This document shows positions 47,734-57,375 of a DNA stretch of 64,000 nucleotides, in pieces. A program made the translations under genes and the position numbers. The stretch lies in the IMG/VR virus record IMGVR_UViG_3300008113_000003, positions 124,001-188,000 of that record. The stretch is one strand, 5' to 3'. Each line of letters begins with the position of its first letter. The stretch's first letter is position 1. Below the pieces are notes generated by a model that was given only the letters and a program-made list of their open reading frames with translations, made no database searches and was not told where the DNA came from.

Positions 47734-48802
47734 CGAAATAGTTAAAAACATTGAATCAGCTATAAGTAAGATTCAAAACAAAGAACAAAAAATTGTTTTT
47801 TTGGTCCCAGACACTAAGGGTAATGCTAAATCAAGCGTTATTCACTTATATAAGCAAGCGTTAACACTTAAAAACTTAGGTTATAACGTTAGTATGCTAC
47901 ACGAAAAAAATGACTACATTAAAGTTGGGTCATGGTTAACGCCAGAATGCGATGAACTAGAGCATCTATCAATCGAAGATAACAATTTGGTTGTTGGTGC
48001 GTCAGATTTTATTATTGTACCAGAGGTGTACGGTAGTGTTTTTGAACAAATAAATAAAATGCCTTTAGAGAAAGTTATTTACGTACAATCATTTGATTAC
48101 ATGCTTGAAGCTTTTGCTCCTGGTAAATCTTGGGTTGATTTAGGTGCTGAGGAATGTATCACAACATCAAACACACTTAAAACAATGATTGAAGATACGG
48201 TTCCAGTTGAAGATGTTCAATTTATTGAACCAGCTATTTCAAACGAAACTTTCAATTTAAACGACAAACCGCAAAAACCTATTATTGCAATATATTGTCG
48301 TGAAGCTAGAAAAGCGGCTAAAATGATTAAGTCGTTTTACTTAAAATATCCAATCTACAGGTTTGTTTCTTTTAAAGATATGCACACAATGCCACAGGAT
48401 ACTTTTGCTAAGAACTTAAAGGAATGTTGTGTTTCTATATGGATTGATGATGACTCATCATTTGGTAGATACCCAGTTGAATCAATTAAATGTAATGTAC
48501 CTGTTATCGGTAAAGTACCTAATATTATCCCAGAGTGGATGACAGATGAAAATGGGGTTTGGGTTTATGACGAAAATCAAATACCTGAAATTTTATCTAG
48601 TTACATTAAAAATTGGTTAGAAGATACTTTACCAGAAAATTTATTAAATGTGGCAAAAACTGTCGATGGTAGATATACTGAAGAGACTTTTGAAAAAAGT
48701 ACTAAAGAGGTTTATGAATATCTTTTTAACAAGAAAATTTCAAAACTAGAAACAATAAAAGAAAATTTTAAAAAAGACCTAGAACAAAATGAACAAAACT
48801 AA
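47720..48802 (+). CDS. GT-B fold glycosyltransferase (360 aa)
   Basis: DFIIVPEVY, SFGRYPVESIKCNVPVIG (E-x7 type nucleotide-sugar-binding region). Confidence 0.65.
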   Translation: MEKTNEIVKNIESAISKIQNKEQKIVFLVPDTKGNAKSSVIHLYKQALTLKNLGYNVSMLHEKNDYIKVGSWLTPECDELEHLSIEDNNLVVGASDFIIVPEVYGSVFEQINKMPLEKVIYVQSFDYMLEAFAPGKSWVDLGAEECITTSNTLKTMIEDTVPVEDVQFIEPAISNETFNLNDKPQKPIIAIYCREARKAAKMIKSFYLKYPIYRFVSFKDMHTMPQDTFAKNLKECCVSIWIDDDSSFGRYPVESIKCNVPVIGKVPNIIPEWMTDENGVWVYDENQIPEILSSYIKNWLEDTLPENLLNVAKTVDGRYTEETFEKSTKEVYEYLFNKKISKLETIKENFKKDLEQNEQN

Positions 48803-49619
48803 TTTAACCGTTATAATTCCCGTACACTCAGTTGCTGATATTGGGAAACAAAAATTTGATGATTTATTCGATATAGCTTTATCATCAATCAGTAGAAATG
48901 AAACCAAACCAGAAAAGGTATTAATTGTAAGATGTAATTGCGTTGAAGTTGACGCTAAGTTAGAATCAATGGATTTTTCAAAATACGATTTGAACGTTGA
49001 AGTCATAGCAAATGATGGGGATACCGACTATCAAAGTCAAATAAATTACGCAGCAAAGCATGTTGACACAGAATACATGTCGATCTTAGAGTTTGATGAT
49101 GAGGTATCAAAAACATGGTATGGTAACGTTAAAACACATATTGAAGCTTATCCAGAAGTTGATATGTTTTTACCTATTGTTAATGATGTTTCTGAAGATA
49201 ACAGTTTTATAGGTTTATCAAATGAAGCTGTCTGGGCCTACAACTTTACCGAATCACTTGGTAATGTTGATTTAGAATGTTTATTGGAATACCCAAACAT
49301 CAGTCTTTGTGGTATGGTTATTAAAACAGCTGTTTTTAACGAAATTAACGGGTTTAAACAAATTAAGTTAACATTTAATTATGAATTTTTGTTACGTTTT
49401 CATAAAAACGGACATAAATCAATGGTTATTCCAAAAATTGGTTACAAACATGTTAACATGAGACAAGAATCATTGTTCTGGTTATATAAAAACAGTGAAG
49501 CTGTTGAATATAAAATGGACCCTAAACAAGCTTTATTTTGGATGGAAACCGCTAAAAAAGAATATTTGTTTAACGATGATAGGTATATAATATATGAGGA
49601 AAATGAAGTTAGTGAATAA
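48789..49619 (+). CDS. GT-A (GT2-like) glycosyltransferase (276 aa)
   Basis: LTVIIPVH, YMSILEFDD (DxD-like), YEFLLR. Confidence 0.7.
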   Translation: MNKTNLTVIIPVHSVADIGKQKFDDLFDIALSSISRNETKPEKVLIVRCNCVEVDAKLESMDFSKYDLNVEVIANDGDTDYQSQINYAAKHVDTEYMSILEFDDEVSKTWYGNVKTHIEAYPEVDMFLPIVNDVSEDNSFIGLSNEAVWAYNFTESLGNVDLECLLEYPNISLCGMVIKTAVFNEINGFKQIKLTFNYEFLLRFHKNGHKSMVIPKIGYKHVNMRQESLFWLYKNSEAVEYKMDPKQALFWMETAKKEYLFNDDRYIIYEENEVSE

Positions 49620-50332
49620 TGGCAAGACAGAAAAAAGATCGCAACTACTATGGTGTAGACCAGGAAAAAGCGGTGATCATGTTTCTGGAAGCTAAAACGG
49701 TTGGTGAAAGAGAAAAAATTTATAGAGAATACTTACAAGAACCTATCAATACCATGATAGAAAGTATTATCAGAACTTATAAATTATATAGACAATCATA
49801 CGAATTCCACGATTTACATGCTGACACGCTGTCATTCTTGATGACAAAATTTGATAAATTTAAACCTGAAAAGGGTAAAAGATCATTTTCGTACTTCGGT
49901 ACAATATGTAAAAATTACCTTTTTGGTGAAATGGTCAAAGAATATAAGAAAAATACATCTATCGTTGACATTGATCAATCAGAGGGTGATATTTTAAAAA
50001 GAGATGAATTATTATATCGTATTGATAATGAAGATCTTGACCTAACACTTTTTATTGAAACTTTAGCCAGCAATATAAAAGATGAATTGAAATCGGATGA
50101 TTTAAGTGAGAACGAATTTAAAGTCGGCCATTCACTGGTTAAAATACTTGAGGAGTGGCGTGAGCTATTTTCACAAGTTAATGACGGTAAAAACTCACCA
50201 AAATTCAATAAAAACCTAATATTATTATACATTCGTAATATGACTGGCCTAAATACTAAGGAAATTAGGAACAGTATGAAAAGATTTAAGTCATTATACC
50301 GTATTTTTAAGGATAATTATTTAGATGGTTGA
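49619..50332 (+). CDS. Phage sigma factor, T4 gp55-like (237 aa)
   Basis: EREKIY.E.L.......ESII; LSFLMTKFDKFKPEKGKRSFSYFGTICKNYL resembles sigma region 2 of gp55-like proteins. Confidence 0.6.
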   Translation: MARQKKDRNYYGVDQEKAVIMFLEAKTVGEREKIYREYLQEPINTMIESIIRTYKLYRQSYEFHDLHADTLSFLMTKFDKFKPEKGKRSFSYFGTICKNYLFGEMVKEYKKNTSIVDIDQSEGDILKRDELLYRIDNEDLDLTLFIETLASNIKDELKSDDLSENEFKVGHSLVKILEEWRELFSQVNDGKNSPKFNKNLILLYIRNMTGLNTKEIRNSMKRFKSLYRIFKDNYLDG

Positions 50333-50340
50333 TATTTATA
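50331..50340 (+). promoter_or_regulatory. Putative phage late promoter GATATTTATA
   Basis: Exact motif at the sigma-factor stop, 16 nt upstream of ATG 50357. Confidence 0.65.
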
Positions 50341-50356
50341 TGAAATAACATTTATT

Positions 50357-50743
50357 ATGGTACCAAAAAAGAAAAAAGTTGACGTTTCAGAGGATAGCAT
50401 GAAAGAGCTCATGCAAGAGACTTATAATGAAATTGTTGACGAAAGAAATAGAGCCTTAACAGCTTACAAAAAGTTTACAAAGGATATCAATGAAAATTCT
50501 GATATTGCTTTAGTTGGTAAAATTACGAATGATTTATTAAAAATAATCGATTCATCAATTGAAAAAAAACTAAGGTTAATCAAAATCCAAGGTGACATAC
50601 TTTATAAATCTGGTAAACCATCCGATGCCGCTGGTGTTGGAAATATGACAATTACCGATGAGGATAGGAAATGGGCTGAGGATTTTATCAAAAAACAAGC
50701 AACTACAAGTGAATCGGATACGAACGAAAAAGAGTATGAATAA
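50357..50743 (+). CDS. Hypothetical helical protein (128 aa); possibly a small terminase (weak)
   Basis: ORF with late motif; coiled-coil-like; function unsupported. Confidence 0.65.
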   Translation: MVPKKKKVDVSEDSMKELMQETYNEIVDERNRALTAYKKFTKDINENSDIALVGKITNDLLKIIDSSIEKKLRLIKIQGDILYKSGKPSDAAGVGNMTITDEDRKWAEDFIKKQATTSESDTNEKEYE

Positions 50744-50745
50744 TA

Positions 50746-52650
50746 ATGGGTTCACAAAGCGAAATATTCTCAAGATATAGATCATTAGTGGTTTCTAATA
50801 AACAGAAACCATACGCTACCGATGCGCAAAAAAAATTAGATAAATTAGAATTTGTTGATTTTTTAATTGAACTAATCAAATCAACCAGGGGTCAAAAAGA
50901 ATTTAAAAGTTTAATTCTAAAAGGTAGTTTATCCCAATTAAAAAAATTTGATGAAATCAACAAGGTTATTGTTGATAGTTTTATAGCAGCATTTGGTTGT
51001 GACAGTAATTTAATTATACCGCAAAAATATACAACATTAGCGGTTGGTGGTATAGAAATAACCAAACAAGAAATTGACTCTTTTGGTTTATTGAATATTG
51101 ATCCTGACACAAAAACAGGTAAATTAATGTATGAGGGTAATGATATTACCAAACATGCAAATTACTTTTTCAGTAAAGCACAAAATGCTATAAGTGACGC
51201 ACCTTTAGTTTTAAAAAAGGGTAGTAGGGTTTTATTCACACTATACGCAAAAGATTCATCAACGTTTGTTTTTAAATTTGGTGAATTTTACTCTAAAAAA
51301 CAATTTTCAATTTTTTTAGAAGATTATTTATCCGTTGCAACACCAGTTTTTAATTTCCCTAATTTTATGGCCATATTAATGGACATATTAACTGGTTCAT
51401 TATCAGTTAAAGCTAAACTAAATAAAAAAATAATAGTTAAACAAAGTGCTTTAATTAAAGGTTTAAAAAAAATGTTTGGGTTCTGTAATGAGGATGATAA
51501 TGAAAATCCTGATTCCTCAAACAAATCTTTTTTAGATAAAGAGTTTAATCCAGCTGACGCACAAAAAAATGGCGAAGATGGCGGTGTTTTAAATAATGAC
51601 GCTGATTTTGATAACGTATTTAACTTTAATAAAAAGGAGTTAGACGATATAGAGAATACTGGTAATCTTAGAGCCAATGGGTTTTTAAGATTTTCATCTT
51701 GTGGTAATCTTGATATTGCTATAAACCCAGATGACATTATAAACTCATTAGAGGAGTTATTTAATAATAGTCAGGGTAATAAACTATTATTTCCTGATGA
51801 AAACCCACAAAATGTTGTACCGCAAGAAAATAATCCTTTAATTGATAACTCAAAAAAAATACCAAATTTAGATCAAGCATCCGATGTTTTGGACAAAGCT
51901 TTAAAAAATGGTATCAATGATGTTGTTAATTCTGGTGAAATAGGTGTGTCACTTAATTTACCTAATATAAATGCCGAGATTCAATTAAATATATTAAAAG
52001 CAATACCATATGCGTTAATGCAAATGATTGCAACACCTAAATTACTGCTGGTGCCTAAACTATTTTTAGTTTTAAAAGGTGATAACACGAAAAAAACACC
52101 AGAAGAAATGATTTCTTTTATAAAACCATTAATTAAAAAAATTGGTAGCTTTATAACAGATTTATTAATTAAGAATATATTTAATTTAATAAAAAAGGAT
52201 TTAATTGGTTTAGCTAAAAAAATCAGCGCTGATTTCTTAAAACAAAGAGGTCTTGATTATATATCATCACTAAAAAGTTTATTATCATTATTAAAAGCTT
52301 TAAAAGGTTTTAAAGTTGGTGGTTGCCAATCAATAATAGAACAAATACTTCGTTTGTTAAAATTATTAAATGTGGCACCAATGCCACCAATGCCACCACC
52401 ATTGGTATTATTGGGTGGTGCACTAAAACCTGGTTTAAATCAAATTGCTATGATTAATGATCTTAAATCTAATTTAAGTGAAAAAGGTATTGAAACAGCC
52501 GCAACTTTTCCAGACGGAACACCAAACCATCTTATGATTGCTTTGGAAGAAAGTATGAAAGTTATGATTGGACATATAAAAACAAACGCAAAAATTGAAG
52601 TAACTACAGTTGGTGCTGGTTTTACAACAGGATTCGGACAAATACAGTAA
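50746..52650 (+). CDS. Hypothetical protein, probably structural (634 aa)
   Basis: Long ORF in a late operon; Pro-rich PMPPMPPPL segment. Confidence 0.75.
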   Translation: MGSQSEIFSRYRSLVVSNKQKPYATDAQKKLDKLEFVDFLIELIKSTRGQKEFKSLILKGSLSQLKKFDEINKVIVDSFIAAFGCDSNLIIPQKYTTLAVGGIEITKQEIDSFGLLNIDPDTKTGKLMYEGNDITKHANYFFSKAQNAISDAPLVLKKGSRVLFTLYAKDSSTFVFKFGEFYSKKQFSIFLEDYLSVATPVFNFPNFMAILMDILTGSLSVKAKLNKKIIVKQSALIKGLKKMFGFCNEDDNENPDSSNKSFLDKEFNPADAQKNGEDGGVLNNDADFDNVFNFNKKELDDIENTGNLRANGFLRFSSCGNLDIAINPDDIINSLEELFNNSQGNKLLFPDENPQNVVPQENNPLIDNSKKIPNLDQASDVLDKALKNGINDVVNSGEIGVSLNLPNINAEIQLNILKAIPYALMQMIATPKLLLVPKLFLVLKGDNTKKTPEEMISFIKPLIKKIGSFITDLLIKNIFNLIKKDLIGLAKKISADFLKQRGLDYISSLKSLLSLLKALKGFKVGGCQSIIEQILRLLKLLNVAPMPPMPPPLVLLGGALKPGLNQIAMINDLKSNLSEKGIETAATFPDGTPNHLMIALEESMKVMIGHIKTNAKIEVTTVGAGFTTGFGQIQ

Positions 52651-52653
52651 TAT

Positions 52654-52872
52654 ATGAATAACCCAAAACTAAAAGAAATTTTTGAAAACGTTGATAAAAA
52701 ATCAAATAAAGATTTAGCAACATTATTAGTTGCCTTAAAAAATGATTTTGAGGACGTTAAAGAAACTGTTTTAAAATTAACAGCAACCATGGAAGAACTT
52801 GAGATTACATATGACAAAGTTTACAATGAATTAAAACAAAGATTAAAATTCGAAGATAAAAATGAAGGGTGA
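52654..52872 (+). CDS. Hypothetical coiled-coil protein (72 aa)
   Basis: ORF track; tight coupling. Confidence 0.7.
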   Translation: MNNPKLKEIFENVDKKSNKDLATLLVALKNDFEDVKETVLKLTATMEELEITYDKVYNELKQRLKFEDKNEG

Positions 52873-54535
52873 ATTTAGTTTAGGTATTTGTTTTAACAAC
52901 AACGATCCATTGAATCATGGTAGAATTCTTGTGGCTCCGTATGAAGAATACAAGGGGCAAGTCTCGTACACGTCTATTGAGAATGCTATTGATCGTTTAA
53001 ACATAGGGTCAACCAAATATACAAAATGGTCCGATAGGGGTTCAGCTAACAATAAAACAGCCGATCCTTATATCGCCACCCCATTTTTACCTAACCAAAT
53101 ATCAGTAATACCAAAACCTGGTCAAGTTGTTAGATTAATTAAATACGATGACGGTACTTTAAATTATATTGGGCCAGTAACGCAAAACCCAGTAACATTA
53201 AACACAACTTATTTCGAAGAAAATAGTAGACGAAAATTCCCAGTATCGGATGACATATCAAATAGTGTCAATGACGCTGTTTTTTCTGGTTACAATAATG
53301 AACAACTTTCTTTAGGTAACAATAGAATTTTATTAAGGTTAGACCATTTATCAAATCGTTCTAGAAAAAAAACTTACCCAATATTTCAAATATCAAAATT
53401 TACAAAAACCATAAACTATTCTGTTAAAGATGTTACTGAAACTGTTAAACCAGACGTTTTTTTGGATTATATAGTAGAAATAACCTTTGATTATAAAAGA
53501 AAAGATGATTTTAATAGTAAAAACATTGTTTGTAGTATTAATTTATACAATACTTTAGAAATTGTAACTAGTAAGCAAAGTAATCAATCGACAGTTGTTA
53601 GAGGTTTAATGAAAAAAGATTATAACAGATTCCAAGATTACACATCAGGTTTAAATTATAACCAATATACTGTTAGTCATACATTAGAATTCAATGATAT
53701 CGAATCAATGGATAAAGCTATCGAAGATATAATATCTTCGTACAAGACAAAAAAAATTAAATATTACAACCCACAATTAGTTGGTACTCAAAAAATTGAA
53801 ACCGCAGCTAATACAATTGTTTTAAGTAATAGAATACCATCTAAAGCCAATAATTCTGGTGCTAATCACGACACACCAGATGAGGTTGCTGATTTAAAAA
53901 ACTTTGTTATTAGAATAAACCCAACGAGCAGGGATTTATACACTAATCCAAGCGCTGACTTACAGAATAAACTTAACATACCAGCAACTCAGCCAGTTGA
54001 TACAACATCATTGAATTATATTAGGTTTAATGAATTTAACAATTTTATACGTAAAATTAAAAAATATAACAATGAAAGATTTTTGGGTGATCAGGAACTA
54101 CAAACACCTATTACAACAACAAGCAAAAAAACTCAACAAAATTTAAATGATAAAGAAGTTACTGTAAATGTTAACTATTCCGATAAATTTTTGTTTTTAA
54201 GCAGTATTAACTCAGTAGATTATCTTGAAAATGCCAGGGAAGGGATGAGTAATGAAACCGTTTCAAAATTTTTATCAAATTTAACTGTAGATGATTCAGG
54301 TAGAAGTTACCAAACATATGGCTTCATTAGGGGAGAAAAAGTTCTCGAGCTTTTAGACCAGATACTGTCTATTTTCTTGTCTCACGGACATTCTATTGGG
54401 CAATCTGAGGGTTCTTTAAGTAAAAACGCTGTTGAATTAATCAAAAATTTGAGGGGTGATATTGCTCAAGAAATAAACGGAAATACAACAAATTCAACAA
54501 CAAAGATAATTAATCATAACTTACGTCTTAATTAA
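52862..54535 (+). CDS. Baseplate hub/spike-like protein with a gp5/VgrG-type OB-fold N-terminus (557 aa)
   Basis: GIC.NNNDPLNHGRILV...PFLP...IPKPGQVVRLI matches the DP...GR(I/V).V...P..G..V pattern. Confidence 0.5.
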   Translation: MKGEFSLGICFNNNDPLNHGRILVAPYEEYKGQVSYTSIENAIDRLNIGSTKYTKWSDRGSANNKTADPYIATPFLPNQISVIPKPGQVVRLIKYDDGTLNYIGPVTQNPVTLNTTYFEENSRRKFPVSDDISNSVNDAVFSGYNNEQLSLGNNRILLRLDHLSNRSRKKTYPIFQISKFTKTINYSVKDVTETVKPDVFLDYIVEITFDYKRKDDFNSKNIVCSINLYNTLEIVTSKQSNQSTVVRGLMKKDYNRFQDYTSGLNYNQYTVSHTLEFNDIESMDKAIEDIISSYKTKKIKYYNPQLVGTQKIETAANTIVLSNRIPSKANNSGANHDTPDEVADLKNFVIRINPTSRDLYTNPSADLQNKLNIPATQPVDTTSLNYIRFNEFNNFIRKIKKYNNERFLGDQELQTPITTTSKKTQQNLNDKEVTVNVNYSDKFLFLSSINSVDYLENAREGMSNETVSKFLSNLTVDDSGRSYQTYGFIRGEKVLELLDQILSIFLSHGHSIGQSEGSLSKNAVELIKNLRGDIAQEINGNTTNSTTKIINHNLRLN

Positions 54536-54548
54536 AATATTTATTACT

Positions 54549-55922
54549 ATGGGCATATACAGAACATATTTTGATAAAAACAACACTATTGTTAGAGATA
54601 GTGATGTTAATACTGGCAGAAACCAAGTGTCAGAGCTATATTTTGGTAATCTCATCAGTAGATTTTTGTTCTATTGCTCATTTGATGAGATTAGAAACCT
54701 TGTAAATTCTGGTGTTATAAATCCAAGCGGTAATATAAAACATATCTTAACGATTAAAAATACAAGTAATTTTAATATTAAGGATATATTGAGTATCGAT
54801 AATAATTTAATGTTTGGTGATTATTTCAGACCAACCTCATTTGACCTTGAATTACACGGAGTCAACCAATTTTGGGATGAGGGTAATGGGTATGATTTTG
54901 CCACTGGAATTCAATCATTTCCACAAAATATTGAATATGTTTTAGGGCCATCAAACTGGACTAAAGCAACAAATACGACAAATTTTTCAACACCTGGTGT
55001 TGTCCCTAATAATTCAATACCAATTGCAACCCAACATTTGGATCTAGGTAATGAAGATATTAAAATGGACATAACCAATTTTGTTAATGCTATTATAACT
55101 GGAACCACAAATGGTACGCACAATGGATTTTGTTTAAAATATTCAAACGCCATTGAATCTTTGACATTTCCAGATAGTAGAGTTTGTGCACTTGGTTTGT
55201 TCACAAGACACACACAAACCTTTTTTGAACCGTATATTGAAACAGTATATGATGATCATATTGATGATGAGAGAGTTACTTTTTATTTAGGTAAAGACAA
55301 TAAAATTTTCTTTTACTCAGTAATTAATGGTAAGCTAGAAAATTTAGATCAATTACCAACATGCACAATTAATGGTACTGGATATACTGTCAACCAAAAA
55401 ACAAAGGGTGTTTATTATGTAACGGTTAATGGTGACGAATCAAATTTTGTGAGTTATACAGAGTATAATGACATTTGGAGTGATATTGTTTATAATGGTA
55501 ATACTAGACCAGACGTAAAATTAAGATTTGTTCCAATTGATGCTGATAAGTATTATAATTTTAACATAGATGCTTTGGATGATACGAGATATGGTTTATC
55601 TTTGAGCGGTATTAAAGTTGGTGAGGGTTTGCAACAAGGTGAACAAAGAAAGGTTAACATTCTTTTAAGAAAGCCTTACACCGTATCAGAATACTATGTA
55701 AGTAATAGTGTTTATTATAAACTTTACGTTAAACAAGGGCCAGCTATTATTGATATTTTTGATTGGCAGCCAGCTAATAAAGCCTTAAATAATAACTATT
55801 TTACAATAGATACAACTTGGATGGTACCACAAAGATATTTTGTTGACATCAAGATCGAAACCAACGGTGAAACAACATTACATAGTAATGAATTGCATTT
55901 TGACGTTGTAAATAAAGCTTAA
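54549..55922 (+). CDS. Hypothetical beta-rich virion protein (457 aa)
   Basis: ORF; AATATTTATT motif directly upstream. Confidence 0.75.
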   Translation: MGIYRTYFDKNNTIVRDSDVNTGRNQVSELYFGNLISRFLFYCSFDEIRNLVNSGVINPSGNIKHILTIKNTSNFNIKDILSIDNNLMFGDYFRPTSFDLELHGVNQFWDEGNGYDFATGIQSFPQNIEYVLGPSNWTKATNTTNFSTPGVVPNNSIPIATQHLDLGNEDIKMDITNFVNAIITGTTNGTHNGFCLKYSNAIESLTFPDSRVCALGLFTRHTQTFFEPYIETVYDDHIDDERVTFYLGKDNKIFFYSVINGKLENLDQLPTCTINGTGYTVNQKTKGVYYVTVNGDESNFVSYTEYNDIWSDIVYNGNTRPDVKLRFVPIDADKYYNFNIDALDDTRYGLSLSGIKVGEGLQQGEQRKVNILLRKPYTVSEYYVSNSVYYKLYVKQGPAIIDIFDWQPANKALNNNYFTIDTTWMVPQRYFVDIKIETNGETTLHSNELHFDVVNKA

Positions 55923-55926
55923 CAAC

Positions 55927-56331
55927 ATGTATTTAATTTATATAAACCCACTTAATAAGAATTTTAAAGGTCAATACACCTACGAGTTTATCTTTACAAA
56001 GCGTTTAGATAATGTCGAGTATGGTGATGATTGGGATGTTCAACCAGCTTCAAGCGGAACACCAACACCACCAAGTGTTAGACAGATCGAATCAATTGGT
56101 ATGTTAAAATCAGATGATATTGAATTGGATCTCGCAATGAATTCGGACACATTTTCAATGTATGACTGTGTTGAAGGTATTATCGCACTTGGTTGGGAAT
56201 CAGAATCACCTGAAATCGAAGATAGACTAGTGTTCAGATATGGGGAAACCATTGAATCGATAAAAGAAAAAATATATAGTAGAGATAAGCTACTAACAAT
56301 AATAAATAAAGAAGAAATAGATAAATTCTAA
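55927..56331 (+). CDS. Hypothetical protein (134 aa)
   Basis: ORF track. Confidence 0.75.
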   Translation: MYLIYINPLNKNFKGQYTYEFIFTKRLDNVEYGDDWDVQPASSGTPTPPSVRQIESIGMLKSDDIELDLAMNSDTFSMYDCVEGIIALGWESESPEIEDRLVFRYGETIESIKEKIYSRDKLLTIINKEEIDKF

Positions 56332-56339
56332 CGGAAAAT

Positions 56340-57176
56340 ATGGAAACAAATAACAATGATGATGTAATGGGTAAAGCAGCTGCCTCAGCAATTGAAAACC
56401 CAGAGGGTATGGCGCAAAGTTTGGATAATTTAAAAAATACATTACAACAACTTGCGGATAAAGCTAAAGAAGTAAAAGCTACTGCTGGTGTACAAGATAC
56501 AAACACTGGGGTACAAACAGAAGGTGAATCGGGAAGTCCTTGGACTGAAGAGGATACTATAGATGAGTTAATGTCTAAAGTTTTAGGTTATACCTATTAC
56601 GACTCACCATGGAACCAAAGAAATAGATTAAAATCTAGCAGTGAAAGGTATAATATTAATGATGAATCTGGTAAGACAGTTAAAGCAAACGCTTCCGAAG
56701 AAGACGTTATTGAATACGCTAACACCGTTTATCATTACGATATGGTTGATAACGATGGCGAGGAAATTAAAAGCTTTGAGGACGCTAAAAACGCTTTAGA
56801 GAATGAAGGTAGTTTTAAACTTGTTAATGTTAAAGACACTAAACAAATGAGTTTGTTCCCAGCAGAGAAAAAACAAGAAGTGGAAAAACCAAATACCGTT
56901 ATTAGTAAAATGGACGATGCTTCATACCAACGCTTTCTTGATGGTATTAGTAATGCTTTTGTACGTAACAGAGTTAGTGAAGTGATTGAAATGTTAAAAG
57001 CTGGGGATAAAAAAGGTGCCTACGTTAAATTAAGAAGTTTGGTTGATTCATTAAAAGAATCAAAAGAAAATTTGGTTAATTCAGAAACATTTCGTATTAT
57101 TGCAGAGTCAGAAAGACCAAAATTGACAAAATCAGATATTTTGGAATTTGTTAAACAACGTAAAAATACACTATAA
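56340..57176 (+). CDS. Hypothetical acidic protein (278 aa)
   Basis: ORF track. Confidence 0.75.
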   Translation: METNNNDDVMGKAAASAIENPEGMAQSLDNLKNTLQQLADKAKEVKATAGVQDTNTGVQTEGESGSPWTEEDTIDELMSKVLGYTYYDSPWNQRNRLKSSSERYNINDESGKTVKANASEEDVIEYANTVYHYDMVDNDGEEIKSFEDAKNALENEGSFKLVNVKDTKQMSLFPAEKKQEVEKPNTVISKMDDASYQRFLDGISNAFVRNRVSEVIEMLKAGDKKGAYVKLRSLVDSLKESKENLVNSETFRIIAESERPKLTKSDILEFVKQRKNTL

Positions 57177-57177
57177 A

Positions 57178-57309
57178 ATGAAAAATAATCAAATGCCACT
57201 ACCGACAGAAACGCCTGTTGAAACACCAGTAAAAACACCTAACCCAGTTAAGGACCCGTCAAAAATTGACATACCAAAACCAAAAGCTGATCCGAAACCA
57301 AAAGCATAA
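57178..57309 (+). CDS. Pro/Lys/Thr-rich micro-ORF (43 aa; below the track cutoff)
   Basis: MKNNQMPLPTETPVETPVKTPNPVKDPSKIDIPKPKADPKPKA; starts 1 nt after the previous stop. Confidence 0.55.
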   Translation: MKNNQMPLPTETPVETPVKTPNPVKDPSKIDIPKPKADPKPKA

Positions 57310-57312
57310 AAA

Positions 57313-57344
57313 TTTGGTTATTTAAAAAGTTTTACTTATATTTG
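57313..57344 (+). promoter_or_regulatory. Bacteroidota-type housekeeping promoter
   Basis: TTTG 57313-57316, 20-nt spacer, TATATTTG 57337-57344. Confidence 0.65.
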
Positions 57345-57375
57345 CCTTGTTAATAATAAACAAGGCATTTTTTTT
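57343..57375 (+). terminator. Rho-independent terminator overlapping the promoter and abutting the next ATG
   Basis: Perfect 9-bp stem TGCCTTGTT / AACAAGGCA, 7-nt loop, then T8. Confidence 0.7.

Noticed and set aside
50357-50743. Terminase small subunit call
   Set aside because: Size and helical character fit, but there is no diagnostic motif and it lies 8 kb from terL
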